Assembly: GCA_015065385.1 (NCBI GenBank)
Contig: SVQK01000110.1
Coordinates: 3,902-67,901, forward strand
DNA: 64,000 bases
Direction: 5' to 3'
DNA from: Oscillospiraceae bacterium
GTDB taxonomy: Bacteria; Bacillota; Clostridia; Oscillospirales; CAG-272
Shown here: in pieces, positions 1 through 7,744 of the stretch
Layout of the letters: each line of letters begins with the position of its first letter
How positions within the stretch are numbered: the stretch's first letter is position 1
Translations under genes and position numbers: made by a program
The notes under the pieces: generated by a model
Database searches by the model: none
Told to the model about the DNA's origin: nothing
The model's input: only the letters and a program-made list of their open reading frames with translations

Positions 1-3000
1 ATAAGTTTCAGTATTATTAATCACAAAAGTACTAAAATCATATCCATATACGTCAACCATGTCTTTAATTGTATTGGGATCATTCTCATTATGTGTCAAA
101 CCATTCAACATAGGATGCGTCGGTGTTGCTTCCAGTTCATAGTGCCCATCAATGCCAGGTTCCAATACCATGTAGGTATGGCCGGTTGTATCCATATGTC
201 CGTTTTGGTCATATACGCCAGGGGCAATCGAAAGACTCTGCTCCCATCCACCGGTTTCATTAAGTTCTGCTTTGAAATAATAGAAAGGTCTAAAATTGGT
301 TTCAGCAAGCTTTATTGCCGAAACTTTTTCATCTTCATTTACAATCTTATTTGCCGATTCTATTGAGTTTATATAGGTCTCATATGCATTATTAAAAGCC
401 GCAATCGTGTCTTCCGTAGGATCCACTAAAACATATAAATCAACTGCACTTGGCTTATCCTCATCTGAAAGCGTAGAATTCCATATTTTCTTTAAATTAA
501 TCTGTGTATTATCAAGAGGCATGCCTCCAACTTCAGGAAGTGTTACAGTCATCTCATCCGATTTTACAACAACAGGATGTCCATTTTCAGTTGTAACAGT
601 AGTTTCCTTAAATTTCACGTTTGCATTTGTATTTGTTCTTAAGACATAAGGTATTTGTGAATTATCTATCTGCACTCTGTATTCATCAAATTGAATCGAA
701 GGCTCATTAGGATCATATGTAAAATCTTGTCCCCATTTGAATCCGTCAGGATCATCAATACCGTTATTTAGTGCAGCAATTATGTCATATGAAGGCTGAC
801 TCGGCCAGATCTTAAATTTGACTTTATACGTCCATCCTTTCTCTGTATAGTAGTCAGATCCATCTGCCTTAACCAACTTCCATTCAACATTCTTTTCTGT
901 TGATTCACCCTGTCCTTTCTTACTGAAAACAGCCCCCTTAATCTGAACAGGATTTGTTGTAATTGTTTCTAATTTCCCTTTTCTAATGGCATGATAAGTA
1001 ATTGCAGGGATCGAAATTATTTGATTATTACCGTTTCCGGAAACTACAATCGGGACTGTTTTCTCTTCATACGCCGTCAGTGAAGTATAATCTCTATAAG
1101 TAATTGTATATTCAAATGATTCCGGATCAACATCTTCAAAAGTGACAGTTGTCATTTCAGAGATACCATCATAAATATCAACATCGCTGTATGTGAAATT
1201 CTGACTGATTACACGAAGTATCTTATTAAGTCTTTCTTGAAGAGCGGCTCCATTTGTTGCAAAGAAGCGACATTCTTGTGCTGCATTATCATCGTTGTAT
1301 GCATAGTTAATCAAATCACCAATATAGTCATTAGTTTCATCAACACTTGTGCCATATGAGAAAACTCCAAAGAAGTATGCTCCAGTTGAAGCTAAAGCTC
1401 TTGCCTCATCTCTTGCGCCAAGATAACATCCTTGCCCATCAACGAATAAATCATCTGTATACTTACTTGTATTCCAATATTGAGACGGAGCGCCATCAGT
1501 TAAAAACAATACATAAGTCGGATCATCATCATCCAAACTACCAACCATCGTTTTGGCTAAATCTAACGCTTCTGCCCAGTTTGTTCCGCTGGCAGTACTT
1601 GCTGAATTTAGGCCGTTTTTAATGTCACTTGCTTTATCAGTCCAATTTGCTCCTATAGATGCGCTTTTATTGAATGTAATCAAGGCATATTCTATCGATC
1701 CTGCATGCTCTCCTGTATTTTGTGCTTCTAATTGATCTAGAAATTGTCCAACTTTTTGCTTTGTTTGAAATAGTCGGCTATTCGGATTTGTTAAATAATC
1801 AGAGAGCTTATCTCCTTCTGTACCATCTGGTTTTAAATTTTGAGGTCTTTCCATACTACTTGAATAGTCAACCACAAAGAGAATATTAACATTATTTTTA
1901 TCCTGATCTTTCTGAGCGGTTGTAGAAGCACTTAATTCAAGATTGTATGTCCCATCATAATTTGAAGATAACTGTTTATCATGTCCGATAGCTCCTAAGT
2001 CCGGAGGTTGAATATTATCATCATCTCCCGCGTTTTCGTGTGTATATAATGGAGAACTATAAACCAAATAATAATCTTTTATACCGTCATATACAGGTGT
2101 CTTATCAATTCCCCCATTATGGTCTTTACTTGAAAATCTTGGTCTATATCCTGCTTCCATCCAATCTGATCCAGCTTTATCACTGTTTGTAAAGAAAGTA
2201 TAGTAGTACACTTTCCCTTGATCTGTCAGCTTTAGTTCGTTACCAATTATTGAATGGGGTTGCTGTGTATTTTCTTGATCACCTGGTTTAGGAATATAAT
2301 TCCCACTATTATTTTTCATAATATCTTCATGAGTCTGACGATGTGTATTACTTAACGTCATCCCATTAGGAGCTATAAACTGAGAAAGATCTATTAGCAT
2401 ATCATTCGGATTATCCGGATCCGGCGTCATTACAAGATAATCATAGTTAATATGTTCACCATTTACTGTTTCACCATTAATATAGGTCACATCAATTGTT
2501 TTTCCTTGCTCATTTACGAAGTGCAATCTTACATCAAGTGTGTTTGTATTTACTGCTTCGGATAGATATAGCCACTCTTGATGATAATCATCAAGCAAAC
2601 TGCATTCCGTTTGAGTACTTAATGTATATACATTCTCTCCCAGACTGTACAAATTCAAATATGATATTTCTTGTCCATTTGGATATGTAGAAATTCTATA
2701 CCTGCTGGGATTCGAGTCATCAACTTCCACAAAGAACAAAGTGGCATTATTGGTATTATTTGTCAACGATAAACCATTATTAAAGCTCAAATACGAATCG
2801 TTATGTTTGATTTTATAAGTGCTGCCCCAATTTGAAGGTGAATACTCAAATGTCCAGTATTCGGCATTATTGTTGTTCGCATTAACAGCCTGAAGTGACG
2901 TTCCCCAATAACCTGTATTAATCCCCGAGGACATTTGAAGTCCTTGTTCACCTGCCGAACTTGTTATACGGAATGTACGTCCATTCAGTTGTGCTTCTAT

Positions 3001-4155
3001 TTGTGCATCCGTTACAGTTATTATAAATTCTTCCTCATTATTCATTACAATCTTTAATGCCTGTCTTGACAAGAACGGTTTTATGGATATAAAAGCCCAA
3101 TCCCCGGCTTTTATTACTTGTGTTTCAAAAAACTCTTTCTGCTCTTCTGTTAACTCTATCGAATACTGGTCTTCAAGTTCCTGTTGTATCTTTATATCTC
3201 TTACTGTTGTATCTGTTTCTATTTTTCCAACCCATACTAATTCTGTATCACTAAATTCAGCTGTCTTGATATTATCTATAAACGACCATACTTCGTTCTC
3301 TTCCGTTTCTGGATTGTCAGTTATAACCCCCAGCACCGGCAACAGATCACTAAGCCCAATTCCGCTTCCGCCAGTGATGCAGTATTCAAATTCCTTCCCA
3401 TCAACTTCGTAACTGAAATCAACAGTATAAACCACCCCATACACAGAGAATCCCGTGGCAACAAAACTGACCGTACCTGCTTCGCTTGAAGTTACGGTAG
3501 CAGGTTCAGCAGTGAACGTGGCTGCATTTTCTTCTTGTGCGACATAGTCTTCAACGTTCGGGTTATCTTCTACATCCATCGCGGCTTGCTCGGATTCGCC
3601 GTTCAGTTTCAGACCGTTTGAAACGTAAGCAAAATTCTCGTCCGTTGTCCATCCCTCTTCGGCATCGGCCTGTTCAAAATCCGCATTTGCCTTAAAATGG
3701 AACACGTTAACTTCTGCGCATTCGGGAAGATCGATCTCTCCCATATCGATAGAAACACCAACAGGGACGGCAGGTTCTATTTCCCGGCCATCCTCGTCAA
3801 GGATAGATATTTCGAAGAATCGGCTATAGACAGCCTTCTGACCGACTCTAAGATATGATTCAGCAGCTCTGAGGTATTCATCCGCATCCATCACTTCGCT
3901 TGTAGTAAGTGAAGCGTTAGCGGGAATCTCAGCGTCTTCGCCGTAGTTTACCTTGATGGAATAGTCTCCATTATCGGGTAATCCGACCAGCTCGCCCGCG
4001 TCATATGTCTTCTTCTCCGTCGTTACAACGGCTATCGTCACTGACAGAGCCGGCGCGGCGAGGCTAAAAAGCATCACACATGCCAACAAGAGTGAAAGAG
4101 CTCTCCTCCCCACTCTCCTGTAATGATAGATTGCTTCAAGCGTTCTGAGTTTCAT
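1..4155 (-). CDS. vWA-domain pilus tip adhesin-like surface protein (N-terminus complete; C-terminus beyond the window edge, >=1385 aa)
   Basis: Absent from the ORF track because it has no stop in the window. Hand translation of the minus strand from ATG 4155-4153 (AAGGAG 8 nt upstream) stays open to base 1. Signal peptide MKLRTLEA..LLLACVMLFSLAAPALS. vWA/MIDAS motifs VNILFVVDYSSSM (DxSxS), SGTNW and YVLFLTDGAPS. Lies directly downstream of a class C sortase and an LPXTG pilin. Confidence 0.8.
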   Translation of the reverse strand, partial: MKLRTLEAIYHYRRVGRRALSLLLACVMLFSLAAPALSVTIAVVTTEKKTYDAGELVGLPDNGDYSIKVNYGEDAEIPANASLTTSEVMDADEYLRAAESYLRVGQKAVYSRFFEISILDEDGREIEPAVPVGVSIDMGEIDLPECAEVNVFHFKANADFEQADAEEGWTTDENFAYVSNGLKLNGESEQAAMDVEDNPNVEDYVAQEENAATFTAEPATVTSSEAGTVSFVATGFSVYGVVYTVDFSYEVDGKEFEYCITGGSGIGLSDLLPVLGVITDNPETEENEVWSFIDNIKTAEFSDTELVWVGKIETDTTVRDIKIQQELEDQYSIELTEEQKEFFETQVIKAGDWAFISIKPFLSRQALKIVMNNEEEFIITVTDAQIEAQLNGRTFRITSSAGEQGLQMSSGINTGYWGTSLQAVNANNNNAEYWTFEYSPSNWGSTYKIKHNDSYLSFNNGLSLTNNTNNATLFFVEVDDSNPSRYRISTYPNGQEISYLNLYSLGENVYTLSTQTECSLLDDYHQEWLYLSEAVNTNTLDVRLHFVNEQGKTIDVTYINGETVNGEHINYDYLVMTPDPDNPNDMLIDLSQFIAPNGMTLSNTHRQTHEDIMKNNSGNYIPKPGDQENTQQPHSIIGNELKLTDQGKVYYYTFFTNSDKAGSDWMEAGYRPRFSSKDHNGGIDKTPVYDGIKDYYLVYSSPLYTHENAGDDDNIQPPDLGAIGHDKQLSSNYDGTYNLELSASTTAQKDQDKNNVNILFVVDYSSSMERPQNLKPDGTEGDKLSDYLTNPNSRLFQTKQKVGQFLDQLEAQNTGEHAGSIEYALITFNKSASIGANWTDKASDIKNGLNSASTASGTNWAEALDLAKTMVGSLDDDDPTYVLFLTDGAPSQYWNTSKYTDDLFVDGQGCYLGARDEARALASTGAYFFGVFSYGTSVDETNDYIGDLINYAYNDDNAAQECRFFATNGAALQERLNKILRVISQNFTYSDVDIYDGISEMTTVTFEDVDPESFEYTITYRDYTSLTAYEEKTVPIVVSGNGNNQIISIPAITYHAIRKGKLETITTNPVQIKGAVFSKKGQGESTEKNVEWKLVKADGSDYYTEKGWTYKVKFKIWPSQPSYDIIAALNNGIDDPDGFKWGQDFTYDPNEPSIQFDEYRVQIDNSQIPYVLRTNTNANVKFKETTVTTENGHPVVVKSDEMTVTLPEVGGMPLDNTQINLKKIWNSTLSDEDKPSAVDLYVLVDPTEDTIAAFNNAYETYINSIESANKIVNEDEKVSAIKLAETNFRPFYYFKAELNETGGWEQSLSIAPGVYDQNGHMDTTGHTYMVLEPGIDGHYELEATPTHPMLNGLTHNENDPNTIKDMVDVYGYDFSTFVINNTETY

Positions 4156-4260
4156 GGTAGTATCTCCTTGGATATGCTGTTGATTCGAGGATACATTGTT
4201 TTTTAACAATCTTTAATTAAGGCCCTAAAATTATATTGAGCCACAACCCTTATAGACTAT

Positions 4261-4316
4261 GAAAGATCAGTCTCAACATCCAGTTCACATGCCCTGTTGG
4301 TAATAACTGATCTTTC
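4261..4316. repeat. 11-bp perfect inverted repeat (GAAAGATCAGT / ACTGATCTTTC) with a 34-nt spacer in the AT-rich sortase-adhesin intergenic region
   Basis: Arms 4261-4271 and 4306-4316 are exact reverse complements, read directly. Confidence 0.6.
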
Positions 4317-4360
4317 CATTCGCCTACACAACCCATTCTTTATGGGAGGGTAGATATATA

Positions 4361-5323
4361 TTATCTCTTTCCTCGAGGTTTCTTATTGTCTTTCTCTGTT
4401 GCCTTTTCCGCTTCGCCCCAGAGGTCGTAGTCTCCCATCATCGGGTTCTCTTCCATCTGGTTCAAATAGGCAAGCGCCGCTTTATACAGCTGATCTCTTC
4501 TCTTCTTCTCTCTCTGGTTGCCGCCGAGAGCTACGACGAGCAGCAACAGAAGCAGGATCGGAGCCATCACGACCGGCGTCACCACCAGCGGATCGATCTT
4601 CATGGCCTCGGACGTGAAGTGCAGCGTGTGATCCACGATGTTCTCCACGCGTGTCCCCCGCACCAGTAACCTATGCGTGTTGATACCGTACGGCGTACAG
4701 GTCACGAGCGTCACATAGTCCTCACCCGGATAGATCTTCATCAGTTCCACATCTTCCGGCAGAACGATGTTGATCTGATCCACCTCGTAGGAGTATTCCT
4801 CTCCGAGGATGTACAGCGAGAACCGGTCGCCGACGCGGAGCTTGTCGAGCTCTGTGAACAGCTTCGCGGACGGCAGTCCCCGGTGTCCGGAGATCACCGC
4901 GTGGGTGCTTTCTCCGCCGACCGGAAGGCTGGACCATTCGAGGTGTCCCGTGGCAATCTGCAAAACCGCGTCGCTCGTTCCGTGGTAGATACCGAGATAG
5001 CACTTGATCGCCGGGATCTCGATATACCCCATCATCCCCGAACCGTTGAAGTTCAGCTGGGACTCATAGTCGGCAAGCTCGTCCTCTTTCAGTAGACGGG
5101 CCGTTCCTCCGACTTCCGCCCACCGTCTGTTGTATTCCTGAGCCGCGTACCGGATTTCGTCCAGCGCGCTTGTGTCCATTGCGGCGATTTCGTCCGCGTA
5201 GGAAGCGATCGCTCTCGATTGATGGAAGGAGTTCCAGTAATCGGAAAAGGAAGGATAGAGCAGGAGTCCCACGCCGATGAAAAAGGCCAGAACCAGAAAG
5301 ATATTCGTAATTCGGTTCTTCAT
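4361..5323 (-). CDS. srtC: Class C (pilus-polymerising) sortase
   Basis: TLVTCTP catalytic Cys motif, HAVISGHRG His region and LLVRGTRV Arg. N-terminal TM (MKNRITNIFLVLAFFIGVGLLLY) plus a C-terminal hydrophobic anchor (PILLLLLLVVALGG), typical of class C. Start moved to the ATG at 5323 within track ORF 4361..5428. Flanked by pilin and adhesin genes. Confidence 0.9.
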   Translation of the reverse strand: MKNRITNIFLVLAFFIGVGLLLYPSFSDYWNSFHQSRAIASYADEIAAMDTSALDEIRYAAQEYNRRWAEVGGTARLLKEDELADYESQLNFNGSGMMGYIEIPAIKCYLGIYHGTSDAVLQIATGHLEWSSLPVGGESTHAVISGHRGLPSAKLFTELDKLRVGDRFSLYILGEEYSYEVDQINIVLPEDVELMKIYPGEDYVTLVTCTPYGINTHRLLVRGTRVENIVDHTLHFTSEAMKIDPLVVTPVVMAPILLLLLLVVALGGNQREKKRRDQLYKAALAYLNQMEENPMMGDYDLWGEAEKATEKDNKKPRGKR

Positions 5324-5385
5324 GCGCCCGCGCTCTGCTCCTTTGTCCTCCCGTGGGATGATTGCTTTACACTGTGTTTCCGGGG

Positions 5386-5448
5386 AGAAAACTGAACCCG
5401 GAGGTTCAGCGCTCTCCCCGCCGGGCAAACCGTGTGCAGCTTGCCCGG
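5386..5448 (-). terminator. Two tandem hairpins between pilin and sortase genes; the second is followed by a T-run (partial terminator/attenuator)
   Basis: On the minus strand: CCGGGCAA-12 nt-TTGCCCGG (5448-5421), then CTGAACC-tccg-GGTTCAG (5409-5392) followed by TTTTCTCC. Confidence 0.5.
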
Positions 5449-5488
5449 ACGGAGTTGTTTAGTTGGTTTGTTTCAGATCAAAGACCGA

Positions 5489-7678
5489 TTAGTCGTCAAC
5501 CTTGCCCATTCTCTTCTTGGAGACGAGCACAACGCCCGCGCCAACCGCCAGCAGACCGCCGACGATGTAGAAGATCGTGGTACCGATACCACCAGTGGAG
5601 GGAAGCTCGGTGCCCTGAGTATTCTTCAGGAACGTCGTATTATCAGCTTCCTGAATAATAGTTTCCCGTTCGGCTTCTTTGTGCTGATTTGTCCAAGAAC
5701 CAGTGGATGCAGTACTTGTAGAACCAATCACAGTAAATGCATTAATTCCAGTTCCTTCTGTAGCAACATCATTATCAGGAGCTGCCTTATAAGTCGGAGT
5801 GCCATAATCAAGAGTATACTTTGAGGTAACAGTATTATCTCCGTCTTTCACAGCAACAGTATAGAAGTCAAGAACTTTGGAAGAATAAGTAATAACGATG
5901 CCGTTTACTTCTTCTTTGACGGTGACTTCTTTGTAAGTGGGAGTTATCGTGATTTCCTTTACTGTTCTGTCAGCAATAAATCCATCCGGTGCCTTGGTCT
6001 CGACAAGGTAGTATGTACCAGCATCCAAACCTCTGATATCAAGCTTACCCACATTATTACTGGTAAATCTTGCAACAGCGCGGTCATCGGCAGCATAGTA
6101 AGCATTGGTGTAAATCCCGTCTGCAGTGGCCAGTTCATCGTAACTCTTCTTCACAGTTGCAGCAGCTTGGGCAGCAGCTTCAGTTGTGAACAGACCAAAT
6201 ACAGCCCCTTCAAGAGGATATGCCTTTACACCATTATCATAAGATTCAAGTTTCTTTTCAGTAATCCAATTTCCTGCAGCATCAATTCCAACTTTAACAA
6301 GTTCGGAAGTATCATAGCCACCAGATTCCTCTCCATTAATGTCAGCATCAAGGGAGAAAGAGTAATGAGTTGTCACATCCTTAATGATTCCAGTATCGGA
6401 TTCATTTGCGGGGTTATTAGAATACTCAACTTTAACTTCGTTCTTTGTCTGATCTACATTGTGATACGCAGCAGTCGTAACTTTAGCTTTATAAGTGATT
6501 TCAACATTCTGTTTCTGATTCTGAGACAGAATATATTCAGAAGAGAATTCGACAGCAATGCTTGTTCCTTCGTTGGTAAATGTAACAGATTTGAATACCG
6601 CTTTTGCAGGGGTACCAAAAGTGTATTTAGTTGTATGGTTTGTAACATCATCCGCAGAAGCAAACTCAAAAGTATCGTTTCCAACTTTTACTGTAAACTT
6701 ATTTGTTGTATCAAGTACAGTCTTCAGGCCATTAGACAGAGTATCAGTTACATTAAACTTAGCCCAAGTATAGTTGTCAGCATATTCAGGCATCTGAGTC
6801 GAAATCTTAAAATCCAGAACTTCGCCAACATCCGCTGTAGCAACTGTCTTGGAAGGATCCTGAGCAGGAGTGGTATCGCTATCTGTTACTTCCTTTGTAA
6901 CAGTGATATCTGATTTTTTAGCGATTGCAGTATCGGAATAAGAATCAGAAGTAGTAATTGCCCATTCATTATGGAATTTAGTATCACCCTCACCTGTAAT
7001 CTGTTCCTGACTAAAGTCGGCAGATACAAATACAGGATTGTACATTACGCCCTCTTCACCGGCATCGATAAGGGCAAGATAAAGACCGGGCTTGATTTTC
7101 TGAGCACCCGCGGTAGAAGCATCAGAATCATCATAGGTGGAACTGGTGCTGGAGATTTGCGAATCAGTGTATGCTACAGTTGCGGGTTTGGTTTTCGCAA
7201 TTTCAGCAATTTCAGCCGCGAGAACAGAGTTGATTCTACCAAGAACCTTTTCTTTTCCTTCAGGAATTTCAACTCCCGTACCATCTTCCTTTACTTGATA
7301 TCCAGCAGGCATACCGGTGATATAGGTGAGAACACTCTTTGCAAAATTATCACGAATTGCTTTTTCTGTGTCACTAGCACCAACGACATAACCATTACTG
7401 TCCAGTCCAGAGGTTGCAAGCCCGTTAAAGTCAGTTGTTAAAGCCCAACCTTCGCTGTCAACCCATTCGATTACCTGATAGTACTTCACAGTGTCTCCTG
7501 CTTTAAGTGCTGTAATCGTTACTGAAGGATCCTGAGTAACGTTTCCAGCTGGTGTAGAAGCAACAGGAGTGTCACTTTCAGTCGGGGTAACCGGGTCATC
7601 CGCAAACGCCGCAACACCCAGCCCAAGCACCATCGTGATGCTCAGAAGCAGTGCGAGAATCTTTTTGAAGTTTCTCAT
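5489..7678 (-). CDS. LPXTG-anchored pilin (probable major/backbone subunit)
   Basis: Signal peptide MRNFKKILALLLSITMVLGLGVAAFA. C-terminal sorting signal LPSTGG + hydrophobic stretch + KKRMGK. Cna-B/SpaA-like segment GAVFGLFT..GTYYLVETKAPDGF. The track ORF starts at TTG 7699; the ATG at 7678 gives a better signal peptide. Confidence 0.85.
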   Translation of the reverse strand: MRNFKKILALLLSITMVLGLGVAAFADDPVTPTESDTPVASTPAGNVTQDPSVTITALKAGDTVKYYQVIEWVDSEGWALTTDFNGLATSGLDSNGYVVGASDTEKAIRDNFAKSVLTYITGMPAGYQVKEDGTGVEIPEGKEKVLGRINSVLAAEIAEIAKTKPATVAYTDSQISSTSSTYDDSDASTAGAQKIKPGLYLALIDAGEEGVMYNPVFVSADFSQEQITGEGDTKFHNEWAITTSDSYSDTAIAKKSDITVTKEVTDSDTTPAQDPSKTVATADVGEVLDFKISTQMPEYADNYTWAKFNVTDTLSNGLKTVLDTTNKFTVKVGNDTFEFASADDVTNHTTKYTFGTPAKAVFKSVTFTNEGTSIAVEFSSEYILSQNQKQNVEITYKAKVTTAAYHNVDQTKNEVKVEYSNNPANESDTGIIKDVTTHYSFSLDADINGEESGGYDTSELVKVGIDAAGNWITEKKLESYDNGVKAYPLEGAVFGLFTTEAAAQAAATVKKSYDELATADGIYTNAYYAADDRAVARFTSNNVGKLDIRGLDAGTYYLVETKAPDGFIADRTVKEITITPTYKEVTVKEEVNGIVITYSSKVLDFYTVAVKDGDNTVTSKYTLDYGTPTYKAAPDNDVATEGTGINAFTVIGSTSTASTGSWTNQHKEAERETIIQEADNTTFLKNTQGTELPSTGGIGTTIFYIVGGLLAVGAGVVLVSKKRMGKVDD

Positions 7679-7707
7679 TTGTTTCTTTTTTCCTTTCAAA
7701 TAATGTA

Positions 7708-7725
7708 TTTACACTTTTGTGTAAA
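7708..7725 (-). promoter_or_regulatory. 7-bp stem hairpin (TTTACAC-aaaa-GTGTAAA) just upstream of the pilin RBS
   Basis: Perfect inverted repeat read directly, followed on the minus strand by the T-rich sequence tacattatttg. Function is unknown (weak terminator or processing/stability element). Confidence 0.35.
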
Positions 7726-7744
7726 CTGTTTTGATTCCGAAGGC

